From Deltaproteobacteria bacterium (lineage in GTDB: Bacteria > Desulfobacterota > Desulfobacteria > Desulfobacterales > SG8-13), in contig DAOVBC010000001.1 of assembly GCA_030670715.1 (NCBI GenBank), forward strand, positions 1 to 28,364: a DNA stretch of 28,364 bases, in the 5' to 3' direction. Positions within the stretch are counted from its first letter, which is position 1. Each line of letters opens with the position of its first letter. This document shows, in pieces, positions 1 to 8,632 of the stretch. A model generated the notes under the pieces. The model searched no databases and was not told the origin of the DNA. It saw nothing but the letters and a program-made list of their open reading frames with translations. Position numbers and translations under genes: made by a program.

Positions 1-851
1 TCACCGACAGCCTTGGCCATCTGCCAGGGCGGACCGCAAATATCGCCTGCCGCATAAATTCCGGGAATGTTGGTTTCCTGCTGTTTGTTGGTCTGAATAT
101 ATTTTGCATCCTCATCCAGCTGAACCCCCAGGGTCAGGGCAAGCTCCATTACTCCCTTTGCGCCGAGTTCGATAAACACACCGCCGACTGGAATACTGGT
201 GCCGTCTTTTAACTCCAGGCCCTTGACCTCACTGTCGCCGGATATTTCTTTTACCTCGGCGCCTTCGTAAATAACAACATCGCTTTTCTCGAGTTCTGCT
301 TTCAGGGCGTCCACAACATCGAGTTGCTCGGCTACCAGATGCACGGATTTTGCATAGTCGAGCAGCGCCAGTGCACCACCGGCAGCAGCACTTTCATTTC
401 CGATGACGGCGACATCCTGGTTGCGGAAAAAATTGGCATCACATTCAACACAATAACTCACCCCTTTGCCCAGGAGTTCTTTTTCTCCGGAAACCCTCAA
501 TTTTTTGCGGGTGGAGCCGGTGGCGATAATGATTGCTTTGCACTGAACATCGCAACCGCTTTCGGTCTTGATCTTGAAGAGAGGGCCGTCCTGGGCAACA
601 CCCATCACATCTTCTTCAATAAATTCCGCACCGAATCCAACTGCCTGCTCCATTCCGGCCCGCAGCATCTCCTCACCGTTCAAATTAAAGATACAACAAA
701 AGTTCTCCACGTGGGCGTGAAAAAGGCTGCTTTTTTCCTGCTTCCCCAGAATCAGCACCGAAACTTTTCTCCTTGCGGCGTGAATTGCCGCCTGTAGGCC
801 GGCAGGGCCGGTCCCCAGAATTACCATATCGTAAAACGCTTTTTCCTGCAT
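1..851 (-). CDS. trxB: Thioredoxin reductase-like FAD oxidoreductase (TrxB family), 3' end truncated by window edge
   Basis: Manual translation from ATG at 851 (GGAGGGG RBS): MQEKAFYDMVILGTGPAGLQAAIHAARR... FAD motif GxGPAG, ATG motif (IIIATG), GKGVSYCVECD active-site CxxC, and TNIPGIYAAGD second FAD motif. Frame is open to position 1. Missing from the ORF track because it has no stop in the window. Confidence 0.9.
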   Translation of the reverse strand, partial: MQEKAFYDMVILGTGPAGLQAAIHAARRKVSVLILGKQEKSSLFHAHVENFCCIFNLNGEEMLRAGMEQAVGFGAEFIEEDVMGVAQDGPLFKIKTESGCDVQCKAIIIATGSTRKKLRVSGEKELLGKGVSYCVECDANFFRNQDVAVIGNESAAAGGALALLDYAKSVHLVAEQLDVVDALKAELEKSDVVIYEGAEVKEISGDSEVKGLELKDGTSIPVGGVFIELGAKGVMELALTLGVQLDEDAKYIQTNKQQETNIPGIYAAGDICGPPWQMAKAVG

Positions 852-897
852 ATCCCCTCCCAAGATTCTTAAAACAGATAAAATTAATACTAATCTA

Positions 898-1111
898 GTA
901 CGTGTTCACGGGGTGCGCTGCCCCGATTCACTCCGGTGGCTACGTGTCTGGTCATTTCAATGACTTAGCCGCGGGGGCATTCCTGCCCCCTCCGCGTTCT
1001 CCCGCGAAAATCATGCGGGAGCCGCGGTCTCCCCCACTGCTAAGTCAGTGAAATAACGAAGCCACTCCGCCAATATCGTTACTCGGGGAAATGTACCCCG
1101 TGAACACGTAC
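898..1111. mobile_element. 214-bp MITE-like element, copy 1
   Basis: Terminal inverted repeat AGTACGTGTTCACGGGGT (897-914) / ACCCCGTGAACACGTACT (1095-1112). Internal inverted repeat ATTTCAATGACTTAGC / GCTAAGTCAGTGAAAT. Same length as, and about 92% identical to, the reverse complement of 17750-17963. No coding capacity and no visible TSD at this copy. Confidence 0.85.
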
Positions 1112-1201
1112 TGGAAAACGGTATAAAATGAAAGACCGTTTGTTAACCCGTCATTATTAAAGACATTATTTGATTTTCAAACAGGGAAGGTAGTTCCGTT
1201 T

Positions 1202-3100
1202 TTAACGGAACGAGGAATCGGTCAGTTTTTTTCCGAGCGTATCCAACACATCGGATTTATAAATCCGGTCATAAGCGGCTACGGAAAAAGCAGATTTCTT
1301 TTGTGCGGACATCAAAGATTTCAGATGAACGAAGCCTTTGGTGGTCAAACGGTATTTTTGGTTTGTATTTTGTTGGGCCCACCGGTTTTTTAGAAGAATA
1401 TTCATCACGTCTTTAAAACTTCGGGATAGTGTATACTCATAACCAAAGTTGCCGTACACCTTCTGCAAATGTGCTGGAATATCGTGAACCCCATCATTTT
1501 TTGACAACAACTTGAGCAGCTCTGTTTGGCTCAAACCCTCCGGTCGATCTTCCATGCACAGGATCATCATCACCCAAAGTGATTTGAGCGGATGTGTTTT
1601 TTGGGCTTCAGTGCACCACCGGCGCACCCTTTTTAACACCGCTTTCAGTTTTTGTCCGTCAATATTGTCGCCGGGGTAGGTTTTTACGATAAAAGACGCT
1701 GTGATGCCCAACAATCCGTAGGTCCGCTGTTTGATTTGTTCCAAATCCGGGTCATAATTGCGATAGTCATAGGCCAGCAAATACGGCTTGAATCCTTCAC
1801 GGCGATCCAATTTCAGCAGGGGGGAAGGCATTTTTTTCAAATTACCCCTGGCCTTTAGGAGCCTGTAGATGTCGGATCCGAACAAAGGGTAGGTATAGAG
1901 GTGGACATGAACGGTGGACTCACTGTTGTGGATGCAGGATATAGCCAGTGTGGCGGTGATGCCGACATCATCAATAGTTGATTCGGGGGAAAAGAGCTGG
2001 ACGCTCAACCTGGGTAGCACCTTTCCCTCTTTCAGCAGCTGTATGGATTGGTTGATTTCCGAAACCGTACAGCCCCTTCGCAGGCGTTTGGAAAGATCAT
2101 CGGTCAAGGCATCCGCCCCCATAAATGCCACTTTCACATTGGTTTTCCCCAGTTGTCTTGTCAGCTTTTTCGTCAGTCCCTTGGGTCGTAAAAAGCACGA
2201 ATACACGATCTCTCTTCCGACCTTTCGGTTTATTCGGTCTAAATAACCGCATATCCGCAGCGCCCATTCTTCGCTGATATTAAACGTATCGTCCCATACA
2301 TCCACAAACTGAATCTCAGGATTGTTTTTTAGCAGCTCAAGCATTTCATCGACAAAACCGTCGCTCTGGACCGCGCAGTGAAAATCTTTGCCGAACTGGC
2401 TGGCAATGGCGCAAAACAGGCATCCGCCCTGCGATTTTCGTGCCCAAATACAGGCTCTCTGGAGTGTAATCGCTACGGTTTTTTCCCCTAATCTCACATG
2501 GGCAAAGATGTTTTGTTCCGGCAGGGGGGCGGCGGAAAATGGGGTGGACATCAAGGCCTGTCTCTCCGGCAGCCAGAACACTAAGCTCGGAATGTCGAGC
2601 AGCGCATAAAGGAAATGTTTATCCCAGGGCCCGGTCATGGTGTTTCTTTCAAGGAGAGGCAGCAGCGAGAACAACGCGTTTTCAGCGGCCCCTCTCACAA
2701 TAAAATCCGGAGCGATGTCGACCACCTGATTCACGAAAATGGAATGCCGGTATCGCATTAAGTTTTTATAGTTATTGGATATTTCGTTTCCTCCCATAAT
2801 AATGGGAGCCGTATTGATCGTCCGTAGACACCATACAATTTTGGGCAATATAAAAAGATTGGCGGAATAGGGAGCGGAAACCAGCAGGACGTCGCATTCG
2901 GAAAAGCCGATATGTTTAAAAAAACGGCCGAGGAATTCATATCCCCTCAGCGTTGCGTCCTCCATGGAGAGAAAGATGCTGTCAGCGCCGATGGCTTCAC
3001 CACAAACGGGTTGATACCCCAATTCCGTTACGATGCGTTTCAGCGTTGAATATGCCAGACTGTTTTGCCTTGTGAGAGTGATGATGCCGACTTTTTTCAT
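1202..3100 (-). CDS. B12-binding-domain radical SAM protein with C-terminal winged-helix-like domain
   Basis: N-terminal cobalamin-binding-like motifs (APIIMGG, DFIVRGAAE). Cys cluster QRACIWARKSQGGCLFC. FVDVWDDTF and MGADA motifs match the class B 'DDxF' and 'GxES' positions. C-terminal SQTELL...NRWAQQ...KYRLTTKG resembles a wHTH. Confidence 0.8.
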   Translation of the reverse strand: MKKVGIITLTRQNSLAYSTLKRIVTELGYQPVCGEAIGADSIFLSMEDATLRGYEFLGRFFKHIGFSECDVLLVSAPYSANLFILPKIVWCLRTINTAPIIMGGNEISNNYKNLMRYRHSIFVNQVVDIAPDFIVRGAAENALFSLLPLLERNTMTGPWDKHFLYALLDIPSLVFWLPERQALMSTPFSAAPLPEQNIFAHVRLGEKTVAITLQRACIWARKSQGGCLFCAIASQFGKDFHCAVQSDGFVDEMLELLKNNPEIQFVDVWDDTFNISEEWALRICGYLDRINRKVGREIVYSCFLRPKGLTKKLTRQLGKTNVKVAFMGADALTDDLSKRLRRGCTVSEINQSIQLLKEGKVLPRLSVQLFSPESTIDDVGITATLAISCIHNSESTVHVHLYTYPLFGSDIYRLLKARGNLKKMPSPLLKLDRREGFKPYLLAYDYRNYDPDLEQIKQRTYGLLGITASFIVKTYPGDNIDGQKLKAVLKRVRRWCTEAQKTHPLKSLWVMMILCMEDRPEGLSQTELLKLLSKNDGVHDIPAHLQKVYGNFGYEYTLSRSFKDVMNILLKNRWAQQNTNQKYRLTTKGFVHLKSLMSAQKKSAFSVAAYDRIYKSDVLDTLGKKLTDSSFR

Positions 3101-3153
3101 CTTGTTCCGTTTAACGGTTTATTCTTTACGGAAAAGATACCCGGCGCGCGCTG

Positions 3154-3816
3154 CTATAGATCCGGGTCCACCAACCCGAGCTGTATCGCGAAATGGACCA
3201 GCTTGACGGGTGAGTCGATATCAAGCTTTTCCATTATCTTGGCCCGGTGAGATTTTACGGTGCTCATGCTGATATACAACATTTCTGCAATCACGCGTGT
3301 TGAGTGCCCTTCGGCGATTAACTGGAAAACCTCTCTTTCACGGTTGGAGAGCTGCTTGTACCTCTCGGTTCGGGGAGAGCTTTTCCGGGGTGATCGGTAG
3401 GCGTCCATGAGCACCTTGGATATGGAAGGACTTAGAAAGGTCTCGTTCTTCATAGCGGCATGAATGGCCTTGATAATGTCCCTGCCGCTCGATTCTTTGA
3501 GCAAATATCCCGATATCCCGGTTTCGAAGAGTTCATGGATATAATGCTCATGGGAATACATGGACAAAATAAGTATCTTCGTTTCCGGCAAATGCTTTCG
3601 AATTCTTTTAGCGGCCTCGATGCCGTTTAGGCGGGGCATGGCGATATCCAAGATCACCACATCGGGTTTCAGCTGTTTGGCTTTATCAACGGCATCCCGG
3701 CCGTTGGTGGCTTCTCCGATGACCTTCAGGTCGGGCTGTTCCTCCAGAAGGCGCGCCAGACCTTGCCGTACAATCGTATGGTCGTCCGCTAACATGATCC
3801 TGACGGGACTGTTCAC
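3154..3816 (-). CDS. NarL/LuxR-family response regulator
   Basis: REC domain (LADDH, D in VILDIAMP, GYLLKES) plus LuxR HTH (LSNREREVFQLIAEG...STVKSHRAKIMEKL). Start overlaps the kinase stop (GTGA). Confidence 0.95.
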   Translation of the reverse strand: MNSPVRIMLADDHTIVRQGLARLLEEQPDLKVIGEATNGRDAVDKAKQLKPDVVILDIAMPRLNGIEAAKRIRKHLPETKILILSMYSHEHYIHELFETGISGYLLKESSGRDIIKAIHAAMKNETFLSPSISKVLMDAYRSPRKSSPRTERYKQLSNREREVFQLIAEGHSTRVIAEMLYISMSTVKSHRAKIMEKLDIDSPVKLVHFAIQLGLVDPDL

Positions 3817-6146
3817 GTGTCTGCTCCTTCGCGAATCGGCACCTCGATGCGAATCCGTGTGCCCTCGCCCGGACGGCTCCTTAGCTGGAAAGATCCGCCT
3901 AAAAGCGAGGCACGTTCACGCATACCCAAAAGGCCTAGATTCTGCTTGCCCTTGGCGAGGATTTTTGCGTCAAATCCAACCCCATCATCTTCAGCCAGAA
4001 AGATAATTTTGGGATAGCTTTTGATGATCGACAGTCGGAAACTTTTCGCTGACGCATGTCTCAGCGTGTTGGTCAACGCCTCCTGGCTGAATCGGTAAAA
4101 AACCGTCTCGGTGTCAGGGGCTAACCTTTCATTAAATCCCACCATGCTGAAATCGATATCAAGTCCGGTATGATGTTCCATTTCAGTGAAATACCTGTTG
4201 AGTGCCGGTTCGAGACCGAGGTCTATCAACAGCGTTGGATGGAGATTATAGGAAAGGCGCCTGATTTCCGAGGAAGTTCGGCTGATCATTTTGCGTATTT
4301 CACCGATTTCGTCTTGCAGATGTTCATCTCCGACGGCGTGATTTTCCTCAAGACGATCCAGCCCCAGTTTCACGGCCGTCAAGGACTGGCCGGTTTCATC
4401 ATGCAACTCCAGGGCGATTCGGCGACGTTCCTCTTCCTGACTTTGGAACAGCTTTTCGGTAAGCTGCCGTAAATCCTCCCGGTGCTGGCGAATCGTCTTC
4501 ATCAGGCGGGCATTTTCAATGGTACCTCCTAAAAAATTTCCCAAAGATCCTAAAAGATGGATTTCATGTTGATTGAGCCGTCGGGTTTTGGGCAGGTCAA
4601 AACCGAAAAATCCCACCCCCCGTCCTTTAAACGTAATCAGGAAGCAGGACAACCACGGAACCGGTTTACCGTTTTTGGATTGATACTTAACACAAAACGA
4701 CGGAAAGGTGGGTTTGGGTGTGATCTGGGCTTTTTCGTGAACCAGATGGTGTTCAAGCTGAGTATCTTTAAAGATGACGGGGTCCGACATTTCCGTAGAC
4801 GGCTCCGGCAGTCCTGAACGGACCTGTAGGCGCGCTTCTCCGGCCTCCCGGTCGATAAGAAATAGCGAACCGCGTTTCAAACGCAGTGCCCGGAGAACGT
4901 CTTTCAGGGTGCCTTCTAAAATGTAGTCCAGATCCATGGTGTTGTTCAACGCCACTGCCACGCTGTTGAGAATGGACAGCTCCCTGTTTCTTTCCCTGAT
5001 CATCTTTTCCGCACGTTTACGGTGGGTGATGTCCTTGATAATCCCTTCGTATTCAATATCCCCGGTTTCAGGATTTTCGTATCGCCGACTTGATATCAGC
5101 ACATGCAGCGGGGAACCATCACGCTTGATGAAATCAACCTCGTAATCCTTGACATATCCCTTGCGGTTGATTTCCGCCAGAAACTTCTTCCGGTCTTCAG
5201 GGTTGCGATACAACCGCGGAGCGGACAGGTTGTTGATTAGCTCCTGCTTGTTCTGATATCCCAGCATTTCCACGCCGGCCGGGTTCATATCCAGGATTTG
5301 TCCGGGTTTATTCGTGGTATAGATGCTGTCATGGCTGCCTTCAAAAATCCGGCGGTACTTTTTTTCGCGACGGGCAACTTGTTCCTGTAGCTTTTTGATT
5401 TCAGATATGTCTTTAAAGATTTCAAGGCCACCGGTAATGCGTCCGGCGCTGTCCGTGAAAGCGGAGGTCGAACAGATGATCGGTACCTTTTTCCCGTCAA
5501 TATTGGTGATGGTGTACTCTCTGTTGTGGATATCTTGACCTTCTTCCACTGCCCGTTTGAGGGCACAATCCGATTCGCAAATCGAGTTTTTAAAGACATC
5601 CTTGCAGTACATTCCTACGGCGTCGTAAGCCGAAAAACCGGTAATTTTCTCCGCCGCCGGGTTAAAATAGGTAATGCGCCATTCCTGATCCGTGGTGAAT
5701 AGCCCGTCGGGAATGCGGTTGAGAATTTCAACGAAGCTTTCCTCTTTCTGATAAATTCTCTCCAGGGCCTTGACATTGTGACGTTGGATCTGATCGGCGA
5801 TAAAATGAGATTCCCCTCTCAAATGCTGTTTGCTTATAAAACTGAAAAAGGAGCAGGTCAGACAGCTGGCGAGTTTCTGAAAAAAATCTTCTTCGATCAT
5901 ATCACTGCAGTGGGTCCGAGGGATCAGCCAACAGTCGGTCACATTTTTCCCGTGGGCCGGGCACAGCACTTTGGGGCACGCAAGCAATTCCCAGCATGCT
6001 TTCTGTTCCGACCGGTCATGTCGGGACAACGATAGACTAATGAGGTGATTTTCCAGCAATGAACTCACAATACGGATCTCCCTTGGCACGGCATAGCGGC
6101 TCATCTGCGGTGAAGGTAAAGCACCCGTCAGGATAGTCGCCACCAT
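3813..6146 (-). CDS. Sensor histidine kinase: Cys-rich two-CW-like domain, PAS, PAS, GAF, HisKA_3, HATPase (true start uncertain, between 6029 and 6146)
   Basis: ERRRIALELHDETGQSLTA HisKA_3 H-box, QEALTN, DDGVGF and LGLLGMRER ATPase boxes, two PAS repeats. N-terminal CWELLAC...CPA...CWL...HC...CLTC motif. The longest ORF overlaps the upstream V4R gene, so the real start is probably downstream of 6146. Confidence 0.92.
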   Translation of the reverse strand: MVATILTGALPSPQMSRYAVPREIRIVSSLLENHLISLSLSRHDRSEQKACWELLACPKVLCPAHGKNVTDCWLIPRTHCSDMIEEDFFQKLASCLTCSFFSFISKQHLRGESHFIADQIQRHNVKALERIYQKEESFVEILNRIPDGLFTTDQEWRITYFNPAAEKITGFSAYDAVGMYCKDVFKNSICESDCALKRAVEEGQDIHNREYTITNIDGKKVPIICSTSAFTDSAGRITGGLEIFKDISEIKKLQEQVARREKKYRRIFEGSHDSIYTTNKPGQILDMNPAGVEMLGYQNKQELINNLSAPRLYRNPEDRKKFLAEINRKGYVKDYEVDFIKRDGSPLHVLISSRRYENPETGDIEYEGIIKDITHRKRAEKMIRERNRELSILNSVAVALNNTMDLDYILEGTLKDVLRALRLKRGSLFLIDREAGEARLQVRSGLPEPSTEMSDPVIFKDTQLEHHLVHEKAQITPKPTFPSFCVKYQSKNGKPVPWLSCFLITFKGRGVGFFGFDLPKTRRLNQHEIHLLGSLGNFLGGTIENARLMKTIRQHREDLRQLTEKLFQSQEEERRRIALELHDETGQSLTAVKLGLDRLEENHAVGDEHLQDEIGEIRKMISRTSSEIRRLSYNLHPTLLIDLGLEPALNRYFTEMEHHTGLDIDFSMVGFNERLAPDTETVFYRFSQEALTNTLRHASAKSFRLSIIKSYPKIIFLAEDDGVGFDAKILAKGKQNLGLLGMRERASLLGGSFQLRSRPGEGTRIRIEVPIREGADT

Positions 6147-6639
6147 AGATCAGGTCCATAAAGGCTCCGGTCACACCACGCAGCATATAGCATTTCCCCG
6201 ATGCCGCCCGATCATATTGATTTAAATAGCCGCCGGCTTCATATGAATCACTGACACAGATCACCAGTTTTTCATCCGGTATCAGTTTTTTCACTTCAAG
6301 ATCCCCCCAGCCAAAGGCCACGGCCACGGCCGTAAACCCTTCAATCTGGTCTTCTTTTTGGTCGATCATGGGCTTGACAATTTCGTCCCATTCCCAGGAA
6401 TTACGGATTCCCTGGAACGTAGCGTATCCGCATTCCTGAGCAGCCTGAATCAGCAGAGCCTGTGCTTCGGTTTCACGTGTTTTCCCCATTTTCTTTTCGA
6501 ATTCAAACGAAAGCCGGTTGTAGTAGTGCACCGAAAAAAGCGAAAGGTAGACGCCGAAAAGCGGTATAATCCCCTTGGCTTCCCTGATCCGGCTTCCCTC
6601 CATGACCGCATGAATGATTTTATTTCCGTCGATTGCCAT
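6037..6639 (-). CDS. V4R (4-vinyl reductase) domain protein
   Basis: FGWG motif, SYEA, KCYMLRGVTGAF and terminal EPLCRAKGDPYCEF, all typical of V4R. Confidence 0.85.
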   Translation of the reverse strand: MAIDGNKIIHAVMEGSRIREAKGIIPLFGVYLSLFSVHYYNRLSFEFEKKMGKTRETEAQALLIQAAQECGYATFQGIRNSWEWDEIVKPMIDQKEDQIEGFTAVAVAFGWGDLEVKKLIPDEKLVICVSDSYEAGGYLNQYDRAASGKCYMLRGVTGAFMDLIYGGDYPDGCFTFTADEPLCRAKGDPYCEFIAGKSPH

Positions 6640-6680
6640 TTATCCGTTTTTCCCCTGTCGGTAAATATCAACCTGTTTTA

Positions 6681-7211
6681 TTATCTTTGACGACGATTCA
6701 CCGTGAAAAGGCATTCCTCATCCCGCATCATTTTACATTGCTGCTCGTCAACCACGAAATGTCCCGGTTCGTACTGGAAAATCGCTTCAAGCGCCCCGGC
6801 AATCCATCCCCGGGCAAAATGACAGCCCGGTGTGTCCCGTCTGGCGTGTTTGGCAAGCCAACCGGTCACATGATGACTCGAGGGAGAGTAAACCTTACCG
6901 CCTTCCGGCCCGATTTCGTGGAAATGCAGGACGCCGAATCCTGAATTTTGATACAAAATTGAAGCCATTTCCAGTTTTGATTTTAATGTCTTGATCTGTG
7001 TGTATTGGGAAAAAAGCGATTTGAGCCCGTGGTAGTTCGCCTGTTCCACTGAATCGAACAGCAGTTGAACCCCCTCATCGCCCAAAGTATCTTCCAGCGT
7101 TTTCTGCAGGTTGATGTTGTAATGATGGCAGTGCATGGTGATGGGCTGCCCGGATAACACAACACGGTGTCCCTTACGGGCCAGTTCACTTTTCCAGTCG
7201 AACAGAGTCAT
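6681..7211 (-). CDS. V4R domain protein (XylR-N/V4R-like)
   Basis: RVVLSGQPITMHCHHY, GFGVL, GCHFARGWIAGAL and terminal EQQCKMMRDEECLF. Confidence 0.85.
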   Translation of the reverse strand: MTLFDWKSELARKGHRVVLSGQPITMHCHHYNINLQKTLEDTLGDEGVQLLFDSVEQANYHGLKSLFSQYTQIKTLKSKLEMASILYQNSGFGVLHFHEIGPEGGKVYSPSSHHVTGWLAKHARRDTPGCHFARGWIAGALEAIFQYEPGHFVVDEQQCKMMRDEECLFTVNRRQR

Positions 7212-7281
7212 CTTTCACCTTTGTTCAAAATATCCAATAGCCACTGCCAAAGGAAGAATGTCCACGTCATGATGAACGGAT

Positions 7282-7310
7282 ATGCTAATAGGTTCGACAC
7301 TTTTCGTCAA
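7282..7310 (-). promoter_or_regulatory. Sigma70-type promoter for the V4R-V4R-kinase-RR-radical SAM operon
   Basis: Minus strand reads TTGACG (7310-7305), 17 nt, TAGCAT (7287-7282). It lies directly downstream of the mtrH terminator. Confidence 0.6.
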
Positions 7311-7340
7311 ATAAAAAAGCCCCCGGGAATGGGGGCTATT
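7311..7340 (-). terminator. Rho-independent terminator of the mtrH-like gene
   Basis: Minus strand AGCCCCC-ATTCCC-GGGGGCT hairpin followed by TTTTTTATTT, about 50 nt after the stop at 7389. Confidence 0.8.
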
Positions 7341-7388
7341 AAATTTCGGATAGATTGTGGGCGGCGGGATTGGGCGGATAAACTTATG

Positions 7389-8372
7389 TTACATGCCTTT
7401 CAATTCTCCGGCTTTATCCCAAGCGACTTTCAGCTGTTCGGCAAAATCCGGGAACAGTTTAAGCAGCGGGTGATTCGGATCTTTCGGCAGCTCTCTTGTA
7501 TCGTTAAAAACCGAGGTGGCCAGGAACGCATCGGCCAGAGCGACCGCCGGCATCACGCGCTGTGCGCCCGCCATGGGTCCCGTAAAGATCAAATCATGAT
7601 AATAAAACGCCGTGAGCGCCTCCAGGCCTGCATCAAAACCGGCCCAGCCCTTGAACTCAAAAAGGTCTTTGAATCGTTGCAGCTCCATGTAAGAGCCGTT
7701 GCTTGGAGCGCTGCCCGTGGCAAAACCCCATTTCTCCTTGATGAGCTGGTTGGAAATGCCGCACAATGCACAGGCCGGAGCATTCAAAGTGGTCGTATCG
7801 ACGATGATGCTTTCAAATTGTGCGCCGGCTTTTTCGATGGCATTCAACAGCTTCTCGGTCCCTTTGATCCGACCCATGGGGGTTTGATCATCCTGGTCAA
7901 AGGCGACCAGAAGTACGTGTTTGACACCGATGTCGGCAATTTCTTTAACTTCCGTTTCAATGTCCTCTTCCCAAATCGTCAGACTGTTGTAAAACATTCG
8001 GTCCAGCAATCCCTTTTCGGCACAATAGGCAGCGCCAGCCACTTTTGCTTTCAGCATAATGGCATCGATGCAAAAAGGCATATCGCTGACTGAGGTCACG
8101 AAGTCCACATACTTATTAAATTTTTCCCCCGGGCTGGCAACAATATCCGCCATGGCGATGGCACCGGTGTCCTGCCATAATTTGTCCGCCGCATTTAACA
8201 GTTCAGTGGCACGCGCTTCATTAAACCCTTTCCTGCGACTGCCCTTGTCGAATACCTTGTCGCTTTCCTGGAAAATAGAAAAGCAGCATACGGTGGGATA
8301 TTCTCCTGGTTGACCCCCGAATTTGGCACCGCCGATTTCGCATACTTTTTGCTCCGTGCTAAAACGATTCAT
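7389..8372 (-). CDS. mtrH: MtrH/MtgA-family methylcorrinoid:tetrahydropterin (likely THF) methyltransferase
   Basis: N-terminus MNRFSTEQKVCEIGGAKFGGQPGEYPTV matches the MtrH-family signature. Pterin-binding TIM-barrel motifs (PFCID, YNS, IVD, SAPSN) and HPLLKLF tail. AGGAGG RBS. Confidence 0.88.
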   Translation of the reverse strand: MNRFSTEQKVCEIGGAKFGGQPGEYPTVCCFSIFQESDKVFDKGSRRKGFNEARATELLNAADKLWQDTGAIAMADIVASPGEKFNKYVDFVTSVSDMPFCIDAIMLKAKVAGAAYCAEKGLLDRMFYNSLTIWEEDIETEVKEIADIGVKHVLLVAFDQDDQTPMGRIKGTEKLLNAIEKAGAQFESIIVDTTTLNAPACALCGISNQLIKEKWGFATGSAPSNGSYMELQRFKDLFEFKGWAGFDAGLEALTAFYYHDLIFTGPMAGAQRVMPAVALADAFLATSVFNDTRELPKDPNHPLLKLFPDFAEQLKVAWDKAGELKGM

Positions 8373-8504
8373 GCCTACCTCCTTTCGTTTTAAACGATAT
8401 TAGGTGGGTAAACCCCATTCCCCGAACTGCTGTCCTCTCCATATAGTCGAAAACCCACGTTGGAACAGAATAATATTTTGTCTCAGAATTGCGTTATTAT
8501 TCAT

Positions 8505-8525
8505 ATCGTCTAAAGGACGATTTTT
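8505..8525. promoter_or_regulatory. Candidate operator ATCGTC-N5-GACGAT(TTTT)
   Basis: Perfect 6-5-6 palindrome in the divergent mtrH/oxidoreductase spacer, with a 16/21 match at 14166-14186. Confidence 0.35.
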
Positions 8526-8632
8526 GAGATTATTATAGATGATTTTATTGCCCCTTTATTGACAGGATAGTTCGGGTATGAAAAAACTCGCAAAAGAGTC
8601 ACAACATAACACGGCAAAATGGGGGAGCGATT

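Noticed and set aside
324-797. 157-aa plus-strand ORF
   Set aside because: Shadow of the trxB-like gene that the ORF track omitted.
6037-6039. Possible pyrrolysine readthrough fusing V4R to the kinase
   Set aside because: The kinase is in a different frame, a TGA follows six codons later, and no pyl genes are in the window.
7167-8093. 308-aa plus-strand ORF
   Set aside because: Antisense to the mtrH-like gene and runs through its terminator, with no recognisable domain.
8559-8590. TTGACA upstream of the flavoprotein gene
   Set aside because: No acceptable -10 hexamer at 16-18 nt spacing.
8373-8632. Cobalamin riboswitch in leaders of corrinoid genes
   Set aside because: No B12-box or conserved core recognised here or at 13816-14260, 15035-15113 or 17669-17750 by eye. 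An Rfam scan would be decisive.
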